Positions 1-10,572 of a DNA stretch of 64,000 nt are shown piece after piece; the first letter of the stretch is position 1, and the number at the start of each line of letters is the position of its first letter. The notes beneath the pieces are model-generated. The model had not been told where the DNA came from. It did not search any database and saw nothing but the letters and a program-made list of their open reading frames with translations. The translations under genes were made by a program, and so were the position numbers. Source of the stretch: Batkoa obscura (Eukaryota). The stretch covers positions 744,001-808,000 of the forward strand of contig JASVEC010000014.1 in the NCBI GenBank assembly GCA_030770535.1, given 5' to 3'.

Positions 1-1830
1 ATGAATTTGGATTCAATCAAAAGTGTATTAAATTATAGTGTTTGTTCAATAAAACAAAATAAAGTTTCTGGGTGGTCAGGTTCAAACGACAATTTAGAAT
101 TTATTAATAATAACTTAAAGAAATCCCCTGGTAGTTTATAATAGTTATCATTATAATGGACGATAAATTTAATATTATGTTTTAGAAACTATGATATTAG
201 TACATGGCCCAAATGGATCTGAAAAAGAAGTACTTGTTAATATTTCAGTAGAAAATAGAAAGTAATCTGATTTTAATAATATTAAATAAATATACTAATT
301 AATTTACATCCATATAAAGAAACGTACTAAAAATAAGATGTACAAATTTTATGAAACCACATCATACCAACGATTTAACTTCACTTGCTAAAGAATTCGG
401 TTATTTTCCAATCTTCGATTTTTTAAATAAAATGATGGAATTAATAGACAACATGATGTCTGCTACTATTGGAAAACCTGCAAGTAATTTAATAATACTA
501 GCTAAACCTAGTGAAATTCTAATAATTATTTCCTTTTCATAGATTTTGGCTCCTCAAAAGAAAAGCAAAGAGAAAATATATTATCATGTGCAATGCAAGC
601 CTTATCTGATTTATCAACTTCAGAAAATCAAATTGCATTGAGGAACGAAAAGGATAGTAAATCAGTGCCAGTGATTATATTTTATGATTTCCTTAATAAA
701 GATACATCTGATGATCCATTTTGGTTACAATTGGCGAATTGGTCCAATGAATTAGTTACTAATCATATTGCTGATGTTGTTTTTATTTCAGATAATCCAT
801 CCGCTCAACGCATTTTATCTAACTGTAAGTTAAATCTGTTATATCTACTTAGACACTAATGGTCCATCAATACTTAATATTTCTTAGGGGTTTCTTTAAG
901 CAGCTTCAAATACTTAGGATTATCAGACGCTAGTTTAGACGATGCCATGGAAATTGTACAACATCGATTGAATACACATTTACCATATGACCTAAGAAAG
1001 TCCATAGAACCACTTGGTGGTAGAATGTCTGACTTGAATACATTTATACAAAAAGTATCTGCAGGGCAAACACCTGAAGAAGCAGTTAATGATATTATTA
1101 TTAGTTCAACGACTGAAATTAGTAAATTGTTATTTGGTTCTTTAAAAGGCACGAGACCTAGTTTAGTATCCCCACTTGTTTCTTGGACCGTTATTAAAGA
1201 ATTAAGTTGTAATAGGAACTGGGTAATGAGTGTTGTTTAATTACTAAGAGTGTTTTTAATGGGCATTTTTAGGTTGGTTATGATCAAATTAAAGCAAGTA
1301 GTTATTTCAATGGTACAGACGAGGACTTGCATGCTTTAGAAAAAGCAGAGATTATTACCATTGAGCATAAAGATGGTAAATTATTATTGATACTTTGTCA
1401 TGTTTTATTTATTTTATTAATTATAACGATATTAGATCAACCAAGTATAATCTTACCAGGCAAACCAATTTATTTAAAAGCATTTGAAAAAATATGTAAA
1501 GATCAACATTTAGAAGCTAGTATCTTATCTCAGTTACATAAGAAACAAATTGAAAAAAAGAACAATCAGCTATTAGCAATTGAAGAAGAAATCGTTAGAT
1601 TAAGCGGAGTTAAAATTGAAACTAGATATAGTTGGGGTTCTTATTTAATACCTACTAATTGGTTTAGGAGTAGTGGAAGTAGATGTCCAAATCAAGTTAG
1701 AGATAGGATGGAATATCTATTGAATAAATTGAAAACAATTCAAAAAGAGCTGAAAAATTCGGAAAAAATTCTGAAAGAAGCAACTAATGTTTTAAAACAA
1801 AAGCCTGAGATCATAAATAATTTGATATAA
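1..1830 (+). CDS. YME2: Multi-exon RNA12/YME2 (mitochondrial escape protein 2)-like protein, P-loop/RNA12 domain; may be 5'-incomplete
   Basis: Exon ORFs 351-542, 593-859, 947-1240, 1327-1830 separated by short GT..AG introns; PVIIFYDFLNK...LANWSNELVTNHIADVVFIS and LGGRMSDL resemble the RNA12 domain; HGPNGSEK P-loop-like motif near 203-226. Confidence 0.65.
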
Positions 1831-2300
1831 ACAATATTGAGTATTTATAAAAAGCATTTCATTTATTTTAATTTTTTAATAAAATATAAGTATTTTTTTG
1901 ATTTGTATGATTGTCTATTTAAACGTTTTTGAACACCTAATTCTATTGGTATAGTCACTTTATTTTAAATGAAAAGCTCCTGCCCAAAAGCTGCTTTTAG
2001 TTTTGCAGTAGCTATTCTGTCTATTAAAACAATTTTTAAACAATAGCTTTTTTAAAATAAAATGTTGGATTTTAATGTCATTAAGTACTAACAAATCATA
2101 TATAAAATGTTGCACTTTTCAAAGTGCTTTTTAGGTTTCGTCAAATCAGGTCTTAATTGTCACGTTTCCTGTCTCATTGTTAGATCATTTAGGCGTATAT
2201 TTAAAAAAAAATTAACCTCTCTCGTTGAAGTAACTTTTAATTTTTAAACAAATTACTTTAAAATAGATCATAGTCAACTTTAAATTGATATAAAATTAAA

Positions 2301-3974
2301 ATGTCATCAGGAAACGAAATGAACAATGAGACAGGGGAAACTGATTTTGGTAGAATAGCTGTTAAGAGCAATAATAGTACAGAAGATATCAGCATTAACC
2401 AACCCAACGACAGTAATGTAACAACTAACATTGGTTTTAACCAAAATAATAGTAACGGCGGCGGTAGCCCAAAAAGTATCTGTTCCAGCCAGCCTAACAT
2501 CAGCAATGGAACAAGAAACATTAGGATTGATCAACTTACAGATAGCAGTAATATTGGTAACGGAGGAGATATCGACTTTAATAATTCCAATAACCGTAAT
2601 GGTAGTATAGAAGATGGTGATCCAAATCAACTTAAAAACGATAACAATAATAACAATAATAATAACACTAAAGAAGAAGAAGCATTAGAACGCTTTAATC
2701 AAGAGCCCAGTGTGCGATTTTTAAAGATAATTGAAGAACAAAGAGCCGATTTCGAAAAGAGTATAAAAGAAGATATACTGAAAATTGAACAGTTGAAACT
2801 GGGAATAATTGAAAAACAAAAGAAGATCGATACGTTAAATGCCATTATAAAAGAAGGTAAACAAAAGAAGAGTTCAGCAGGAAAAAGCAAAATGTTACCA
2901 AGTTTTTCAAACCAAACAGTATCAAAGAGACCAACCATCGAAAGAAAGATATTGATCATGGAAGATTATAAAAAGAGAACTTCGACGGTTAAGGAACTTT
3001 GTGAGAGATATAAGATAACAAGAACTACCTTTTACAGGATCAAGAAGAATTATATGGAGTTTAAAGGGGGTTTAAATGAGGATAAAGTCGATTTAAGAGG
3101 GCGAAATAGTAAATTAAATAAGGACTGTATAGGCGCATTATATTATGAAATTACAACTCAGCCGAAAGGAACAACAACAGTTAGAGATTTAACTAAACTA
3201 ATTAACCAAAGGTTTGATTTGAATGTATCACCAAGTACCATTCATCGAGCATTACAAAAGGCAGAAAATGGATGGAAAACAGAGGCCAGAATACCAGATA
3301 GTTGGAATGAACCTAAAATCTTAGAATTAAGAAAGAAGTTTGTTCAATGTTTACCTAGTTATGGAAGGGGTAAGACAGAGTTTTATTTAGGAGAGTGTAC
3401 ATTTAACTTAGAGGAAAACGTAGGTTATAGTTGGGCTTTGAAAGGAAGGAATGAAACTTTAGCTAATAGAAAAAGGCAAAAACCGTTACATTTAATTATA
3501 GCAATAAATAAGATAGGTGATGTGATTAAAATGTATCTGAATAAGAATAAAAACGGCTTAGAAGAAATAGCAGATGATACAAAAATGAAACAATTTTTTA
3601 ACGAAAATATAACAGACTTAAAAAATTCAGCTATTTATTTAGATAACTTATCGTTTCATGCATATGCTTTAAACAATTCAGAATTGGGAAACACTTTAGG
3701 TACAAATAACATTAGTTTCATACATTATCCACCTTGCTCACCTTTTATGCACCCAGTCGAATACTTTATTAATGAAATATATAAGTATATTAAAGATCAA
3801 GCATTTAAAACTAGAGAACAATTGATTTATTTAATTGAAAATGGAATTGTTCGAAATACTGAACAAGAAAAAATTCAACTGTTTATTAATAGGGCTAATT
3901 CTTTTAATCAATTATGTTTGAATGGTGAGCCTATTAATGGATTTATGTTACCAGATGCTAAAACCAAAATTTAA
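2301..3974 (+). CDS. IS630-Tc1-mariner transposase-derived protein, copy 1 (Asn-rich N-term, coiled coil, two HTH, degenerate DDE domain)
   Basis: 557-aa intronless ORF; HTH TVKELCERYKITRTTFYRIKK, linker RGRNSKL (GRPR-like), second HTH VSPSTIHRAL; YLGECTF (first D position is G), YLDNLSFH, YPPCSPFMHPVE (PPYSPDLNPIE-like); D-38-E spacing. Confidence 0.85.
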   Translation: MSSGNEMNNETGETDFGRIAVKSNNSTEDISINQPNDSNVTTNIGFNQNNSNGGGSPKSICSSQPNISNGTRNIRIDQLTDSSNIGNGGDIDFNNSNNRNGSIEDGDPNQLKNDNNNNNNNNTKEEEALERFNQEPSVRFLKIIEEQRADFEKSIKEDILKIEQLKLGIIEKQKKIDTLNAIIKEGKQKKSSAGKSKMLPSFSNQTVSKRPTIERKILIMEDYKKRTSTVKELCERYKITRTTFYRIKKNYMEFKGGLNEDKVDLRGRNSKLNKDCIGALYYEITTQPKGTTTVRDLTKLINQRFDLNVSPSTIHRALQKAENGWKTEARIPDSWNEPKILELRKKFVQCLPSYGRGKTEFYLGECTFNLEENVGYSWALKGRNETLANRKRQKPLHLIIAINKIGDVIKMYLNKNKNGLEEIADDTKMKQFFNENITDLKNSAIYLDNLSFHAYALNNSELGNTLGTNNISFIHYPPCSPFMHPVEYFINEIYKYIKDQAFKTREQLIYLIENGIVRNTEQEKIQLFINRANSFNQLCLNGEPINGFMLPDAKTKI

Positions 3975-4400
3975 TACTCTACGTTTTGTTATTATAGTAA
4001 ATTTATTTAATTTCTAATTTTTCAATTTTTTATTTCTGCTGTTATTAATAAAGGACTTTAAAGTAAGTTACTTTTTATTTATGATAGTCACACTAATCAA
4101 AGTCAAAAAGGATTTTGAGTAGGAATTGCTTTAGGACAAGAGTGACCAATTTCTAAAACAAACCTAGAATAATATTGAATTTAAAACTTACTTAAATCTA
4201 AATAAAAGTATATATTTTGAAGTGCTTTGTAATTTTCAATAAATTAAAGAGAAACTAATACACTTCTCAAAATTATTATCAATTCATTTAGTGAGTTTTT
4301 ATAAAACCATTAACCTTTTCCACGAAAATATTTTTTAATTTAAAAACAATTTCAATTTTTGAATCATTCAAAGTCAACTTCCTATTAACTTAAAATTAGC

Positions 4401-6002
4401 ATGTTATCAGAAAACGAATTAAATAATGTGATTGGTGAATTTTATTTTAATCACTATAATAATAGTGGCACAGAAGACATTACCTATAATCAACTCAAAG
4501 ACAATAGAGCAAGTGGCATTGGTTTTAATCAACTTGCCAATAATGGTAACAATGGTGATGCAGATGGCTTTGATGAACTTGTGAATAATAATGACAATAG
4601 TGATATAAAAGCTATTGATTTCAATCAATCATACAGCAATCATGGTAACTTATTTGATGAAGCTTCACAAAGCCTTAGTCAAGAGTTTAATAAGAGTTTC
4701 TTAAAAATAATTGAAGGGGAAAAGGTGGATTTAGAAAATAGTATCAAAGGAGATTTGAAAAGAATCGAACAAATTAGAATGGAGGTCATCAATAAACAAA
4801 ATAAGATAAATGAATTAAAGGGACTTATTGATAGAGTTAAGCAAAACAAGATTGACAAACCAAATGGTAAAGTTAGAGTAGTTAGACAAAATAAGAGTGC
4901 AGCTCAAAACGGTAAAGTATTACCAAGTTTTTCAAATCAAACAGTATCCAAGAGGCCGACAATTGAAAGAAAAATATTATTAATGGAAGACTACATGAAA
5001 AGAACATCAACAATCAAAGAGCTTTGTGAAAGATATAAGATATCTAAACAAACATTTTATAGAATTAAGGAGGATTATGAAAGCTTTAAAGGAGGTTTAA
5101 ATGTCGAAAAAGTGGAAGTAAGGGGTCGAAATAGTAAACTAAATAAAGATCAAAGAGGAGCATTATATTATGAAATTACAACCCAACCAAAAAGAACAAC
5201 AACAGTCCGGGGATTGACTAAGCTAATTAACCAAAGGTTTGATTTGAATGTATCATTAAATACTTATCATAAAGCATTACAAAAGGCAGAAAATGGATGG
5301 AAAACAGAGGCCAGAATACCAGATAGTTGGAATGAACCTAAAATCTTAGAATTAAGAAAGAAGTTTGTTCAATGTTTACCTAGTTATGGAAGGGGTAAGA
5401 CAGAGTTTTATTTAGGAGAGTGTACATTTAACTTAGAGGAAAACGTAGGTTATAGTTGGGCTTTGAAAGGAAGGAATGAAACTTTAGCTAATAGAAAAAG
5501 GCAAAAACCGTTACATTTAATTATAGCAATAAATAAGATAGGTGATGTGATTAAAATGTATCTGAATAAGAATAAAAACGGCTTAGAAGAAATAGCAGAT
5601 GATACAAAAATGAAACAATTTTTTAACGAAAATATAACAGACTTAAAAAATTCAGCTATTTATTTAGATAACTTATCGTTTCATATGTATGCTCAAAATA
5701 ACGAAGAGTTTAGTAATATGCTAGAGATGAATAACGTTAGTTTCATACATTATCCACCTTGTTCAATTTTTATGAATCCAATCGAATATTTTTTTAATGA
5801 AATATATAAGTATATTAAAGATCAAGCATTTAAAACTAGAGAACAATTGATTTATTTAATTGAAAATGGAATTGTTCGAAATACTGAACAAGAAAAAATT
5901 CAACTGTTTATTAATAGAGCAAATTTGTTTAATCAATCATGTTTAAATAATGAGTCTATTAATGGATTTATATTACCAGATAATCAACTGAAGTCTATTT
6001 AA
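4401..6002 (+). CDS. IS630-Tc1-mariner transposase-derived protein, copy 2
   Basis: 533-aa intronless ORF paralogous to copy 1; YLGECTF, YLDNLSFH, YPPCSIFMNPIE. Confidence 0.85.
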   Translation: MLSENELNNVIGEFYFNHYNNSGTEDITYNQLKDNRASGIGFNQLANNGNNGDADGFDELVNNNDNSDIKAIDFNQSYSNHGNLFDEASQSLSQEFNKSFLKIIEGEKVDLENSIKGDLKRIEQIRMEVINKQNKINELKGLIDRVKQNKIDKPNGKVRVVRQNKSAAQNGKVLPSFSNQTVSKRPTIERKILLMEDYMKRTSTIKELCERYKISKQTFYRIKEDYESFKGGLNVEKVEVRGRNSKLNKDQRGALYYEITTQPKRTTTVRGLTKLINQRFDLNVSLNTYHKALQKAENGWKTEARIPDSWNEPKILELRKKFVQCLPSYGRGKTEFYLGECTFNLEENVGYSWALKGRNETLANRKRQKPLHLIIAINKIGDVIKMYLNKNKNGLEEIADDTKMKQFFNENITDLKNSAIYLDNLSFHMYAQNNEEFSNMLEMNNVSFIHYPPCSIFMNPIEYFFNEIYKYIKDQAFKTREQLIYLIENGIVRNTEQEKIQLFINRANLFNQSCLNNESINGFILPDNQLKSI

Positions 6003-6706
6003 TATTTTATTACAACAATAAAGCCTTATATTTTTGATTTTTTTATTTCTATTATTATTTTAGTAAACAGACTTTGAAGGAAATTATCCTCTATTAACAT
6101 TAGCTTCTTTCAAATGGACTATTTTTGTCCATTAAATAAATCAATCTACTGTGCATGTTCATTCTAGGTATTTTTTGGTCAAAGGCATAAGTTTACTACA
6201 GCTATACATACATATGACAATTTGATTTATAATGTAAGATTCATTTGATGTTGTAACTAGCAGCTTATTGTTTCTGGATCAAAAGAATTTCCAATGCAGA
6301 GAACCTAATGATACAATGTTGATTATGATTATACCTTCTTTTAAGGAAATGGGTTTAATTAATCATCAAATAGCGTTGGAATTGATGATTTTGGTTTAGA
6401 AGTTTATGGCAGATACTGCTCATGTTTCAGAGCAGTGTTTGGATGTCAGTTTTATTTCAAAGCAGAGTGGCTGCTTTGTTTATGAAATAAATAATATTCG
6501 ATTTAAAACTTACTCATCTTCAAATAAAAGTTGATGTGTTTTAAGTGTGCTTTTTAATTTTAAATTAACTTAGACTTTTGAAAGCTGATGTTATACCATT
6601 GCGCATTTTTATAGAACATTCAGCTTTTTGCATTTAAATGGCTTTTCAATTTCAAATCACTTTCTATTAAAGTTATCACCATCCAGTTTTTGTTGCTAAA
6701 AGATTA

Positions 6707-8338
6707 ATGTCATCAGAAAATGAATTTAACAACAGGATAGAAGAGATTGATTTTGGGAAATTCATAAGTGGTAACGATAATACAAAAGATGCTAACTTTA
6801 TCCAGGCCAGTAGCAGTAATGGACCAAGGAATGTATCAGCCAACATTAATTTCAGTTTAGTTAATAGTAATAATAACGCAACAGACGACATTACTTTTGA
6901 TCAACTAGCCAGTGACAATATCAGTCAAAACAACGAATGTATCGATTATGATGGTCTCACGAATAAAAGTAATAACAGCGATACAGAAGGTATTAATTCC
7001 AAACAATCTTACAGCAACCATGATAGCTCAACTAATGAAGATAAAGTTTTAGAAGGTATTGACCAAGAGTCCAATGAAGGTTTTTTAAAGACGATTAAAA
7101 AGCAAAAAAAAGCACTCAAAAAGAGTATTAAAGAAGATATGGATAAAATTGAACAATTAAAAGTAGGTATACAAGAGAAACAAGAGCAGATTGGATCATT
7201 AAATGAGGTCAAAGAAGAACTTGAAAAGAAGGATATTTTTAAAAAAAAAAGACTCTTGTTGGATTTATCCGGTCAACCAGTGCCCAAAAAACTAACAGCC
7301 GAGAGAAAAACATTGGTTATGGAAGAATATGAAAAAAAAACATTAAGTGTTAAGGAACTTTGTGTTAAATATAAAATTAGTAGAACCACTTTTTATACGC
7401 TTAAAAAGAAATGTGACGATATTAAAAAAGGCATAATTAAAGAAAAAGTGTGTATAAAAGGACGAACTAGTAAAATAAATAAAGATCAAATGGGAATATT
7501 GTATTATGAAATAATATCTCAACCAAAAGCTACATTTACGACTCGAGAATTAACTAATATGATGAATGAAAGTTTTAATTTCAATATATCTGAAAGTACC
7601 ATTCGTAGAGCTTTACAAAGAGCGAAAAATGGATGGAAAACAGAGGCCAAAATACCAAATGGTTGGAATGAACCCAACATATTAGAATTAAGGAAAAAAT
7701 TTGTCCAACATTTGCCCGATTACGGAAGAGGTAAGACAGAGTTTTATTTGGGAGAGTGTACATTTAACTTAGAGGAAAATATAGGTTATAGTTGGGCTTT
7801 AAAAGGAAGGAAAAAGATTCTAGCTAATCGTAAGAGACAAAAACCATTACATTTGATTTTGGCGATTAATAAGGTAGGTGATGTAATTAAAATGTATATT
7901 AACAGATATACGAAAGATTTAGAAGAAATAGCAGATGATACAAAAATGAAACAATTTTTTAACGAAAATATAACAGACTTAAAAAATTCAGCTATTTATT
8001 TAGATAACTTATCGTTTCATATGTATGCTCAAAATAACGAAGAGTTTAGTAATATGCTAGAGATGAATAACGTTAGTTTCATACATTATCCACCTTGTTC
8101 AATTTTTATGAATCCAATCGAATATTTTTTTAATGAAATATATAAGTATATTAAAGATCAAGCATTTAAAACTAGAGAACAATTGATTTATTTAATTGAA
8201 AATGGAATTGTTCGAAATACTGAACAAGAAAAAATTCAACTGTTTATTAATAGAGCAAATTTGTTTAATCAATCATGTTTAAATAATGAGTCTATTAATG
8301 GATTTATATTACCAGATAATCAACTGAAGTCTATTTAA
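6707..8338 (+). CDS. IS630-Tc1-mariner transposase-derived protein, copy 3
   Basis: 543-aa intronless ORF with the same architecture and motifs. Confidence 0.85.
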   Translation: MSSENEFNNRIEEIDFGKFISGNDNTKDANFIQASSSNGPRNVSANINFSLVNSNNNATDDITFDQLASDNISQNNECIDYDGLTNKSNNSDTEGINSKQSYSNHDSSTNEDKVLEGIDQESNEGFLKTIKKQKKALKKSIKEDMDKIEQLKVGIQEKQEQIGSLNEVKEELEKKDIFKKKRLLLDLSGQPVPKKLTAERKTLVMEEYEKKTLSVKELCVKYKISRTTFYTLKKKCDDIKKGIIKEKVCIKGRTSKINKDQMGILYYEIISQPKATFTTRELTNMMNESFNFNISESTIRRALQRAKNGWKTEAKIPNGWNEPNILELRKKFVQHLPDYGRGKTEFYLGECTFNLEENIGYSWALKGRKKILANRKRQKPLHLILAINKVGDVIKMYINRYTKDLEEIADDTKMKQFFNENITDLKNSAIYLDNLSFHMYAQNNEEFSNMLEMNNVSFIHYPPCSIFMNPIEYFFNEIYKYIKDQAFKTREQLIYLIENGIVRNTEQEKIQLFINRANLFNQSCLNNESINGFILPDNQLKSI

Positions 8339-8844
8339 TATTTTATTACAACAATAAAGCCTTATATTTTTGATTTTTTTGCTTCTATTATTATTTTAAC
8401 AAAAGTGACTTAAAAGCAAGTTGCTCTTCGTTTACAAGCTACTTTTATCAATAACTATTCTACTTTATTTCAAGATGAAGTAAGACAATCAAGAGAGTGG
8501 TAACTTGAGATTATCCAGTTTGGTCCATGGTATTATGTTTGTCATATTAGCCAAAATCAAAGTAACTTTTAAGCAGAAACTTTACTTTGGGATAAAATGA
8601 CTATTTTAACGAATAAAATCTAAACGATATCCCATTTCAAATATACTCAAGTTTAAATACGAAGTCAAATAATATCAAGTATAATCCAATTTAATATTCA
8701 CCAATCAAATCCAAATTGTCATGCTTTTTAGTTATATAATTGAACCCTTTAATGTAACTTTTTAGTAAAATAGTTAATCCCCTTGAAATAAAATTGAACT
8801 TTTCCAATCGAATCTAGTCTATCATTTAGTAGCTGAAAATTAGC

Positions 8845-10533
8845 ATGTCATTCATAAACGGATTCAATAATGGAATTGGGGAAACCGATTTTAGTAAAAT
8901 ATGTATTAATAACAATAATAATGTAGAAAATAATGGTTTTAATCAACTCAGTCACAACACAACAAGTGATATTAAATTGAGGCAAATTGATAATATTCCC
9001 AATAATACATCACAAACTGTCGATTTCAATCAGGTTAACAATGGAATAAATGACATTGAAATTAATCAACTTATAAGTAATAATAGCAATAATGGTATAG
9101 AAGATATTGATTTTAATCAAATCAACAGGAATTACGACAATCCGATTAATGATGAAGCTTTACAGCGGTTTGATCAAGAGTATAATGAACGGTTTTTGAA
9201 TCTAATTGAAAGACAAAAAAAGGTATTGGAGATTTCAATCAAAGAAAATAAGAACAAAATGGAACAATTAAAATTCGACACCATTCATAAACAAAAAAAA
9301 ATCAAAGAAATCAATGATATTCTTAACATTGGACGACAAAATGGATCTGAGATGTTAGATAGTAGTGTCAATCAAGAGCAGCGAAATAAAAGCGAATCAT
9401 TCAATAGCGTGATTAAACAAAGAAAGAATGGTACTAGAAAAAATAAATTGTTACCTACCTTTTTAAATTTATATGAATCTAAGCGACCAACAATGGAAAG
9501 GAAGACATTAATTATGGAAGAGTATGAAAAAAAAATGCTTACAGTTACTGAATTATGTGAACGATACAAAATTACGAAAACTACGTTTTATCGAACTAAA
9601 AAAAAATATGAAGAATTTAAAAAAGGAATTAATATTGATAAAGTAGATAATCGAGGAAGAAATAGCAAATTAAGTAAAGATTTTATGGGTATTTTATATT
9701 ATAAAATTATAACTCAACCAAAGGGAACCACTACCGTTAGAGAATTAACTAAAATGTTAAATGAAACTTTAAGTTTAAATATATCGAATAGTACTACTTA
9801 TAGAGCCTTACAAAGGGCGGAAAATGGATGGAAAACGGAGGCCAAAATACCGGATAATTGGAATGAAGCTAACATTTTAGAATTAAGAAAAAAATTTGTT
9901 CAAGATCTAACCAAGTACAATAGTAATAAAAAAGAGTATTATTTGGGAGAATGTACGTTCAATTTGGAAGAAGATACAGGATATACATGGATATTAAAAG
10001 GACGGAATGAAATTTTAGCTAACCGTAAAAGACAAAAACCAATTCATTTAGTATTAGCTATTAATAAATTGGGAGAAGTAATTAAAATGAATTTAAACCA
10101 ATACAACAAAGATAAAGTTGAAGTAATAGATGATGAAAAAATGGTCCAGTTTTTTGATGAAAATTTAATGAAATTCAAAAATTGCATTGTTTATTTAGAT
10201 AATTCATCTTTTCATGGCTTTGGTCCGAATCAACTGGAATTCCAAAACAGTTTAAATCAATACAATATTGAATTAATTTTTTATCCACCTTATTCAATTT
10301 TTATGAATCCAATCGAATATTTTTTTAATGAAATATATAAGTATATTAAAGATCAAGCATTTAAAACTAGAGAACAATTGATTTATTTAATTGAAAATGG
10401 AATTGTTCGAAATACTGAACAAGAAAAAATTCAACTGTTTATTAATAGGGCTAATTCTTTTAATCAATTATGTTTGAATGGTGAGCCTATTAATGGATTT
10501 ATGTTACCAGACAATCAACTGAAGTCTATTTGA
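8845..10533 (+). CDS. IS630-Tc1-mariner transposase-derived protein, copy 4 (most divergent)
   Basis: 562-aa intronless ORF; YLGECTF, YLDNSSFH, YPPYSIFMNPIE. Confidence 0.85.
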   Translation: MSFINGFNNGIGETDFSKICINNNNNVENNGFNQLSHNTTSDIKLRQIDNIPNNTSQTVDFNQVNNGINDIEINQLISNNSNNGIEDIDFNQINRNYDNPINDEALQRFDQEYNERFLNLIERQKKVLEISIKENKNKMEQLKFDTIHKQKKIKEINDILNIGRQNGSEMLDSSVNQEQRNKSESFNSVIKQRKNGTRKNKLLPTFLNLYESKRPTMERKTLIMEEYEKKMLTVTELCERYKITKTTFYRTKKKYEEFKKGINIDKVDNRGRNSKLSKDFMGILYYKIITQPKGTTTVRELTKMLNETLSLNISNSTTYRALQRAENGWKTEAKIPDNWNEANILELRKKFVQDLTKYNSNKKEYYLGECTFNLEEDTGYTWILKGRNEILANRKRQKPIHLVLAINKLGEVIKMNLNQYNKDKVEVIDDEKMVQFFDENLMKFKNCIVYLDNSSFHGFGPNQLEFQNSLNQYNIELIFYPPYSIFMNPIEYFFNEIYKYIKDQAFKTREQLIYLIENGIVRNTEQEKIQLFINRANSFNQLCLNGEPINGFMLPDNQLKSI

Positions 10534-10572
10534 TATTTTATTAGAATAATGATTATACTTGTTTTAATTATA

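Noticed and set aside
2258..9569. Short minus-strand ORFs overlapping the transposase-derived genes
   Set aside because: Antisense shadows of Asn/Lys-rich coding sequence.
2301..10533. Active transposons or a Fanzor/TnpB-associated IS630 element
   Set aside because: No TIRs seen, first catalytic Asp position is Gly, and no RuvC/zinc-finger nuclease ORF lies near the array.
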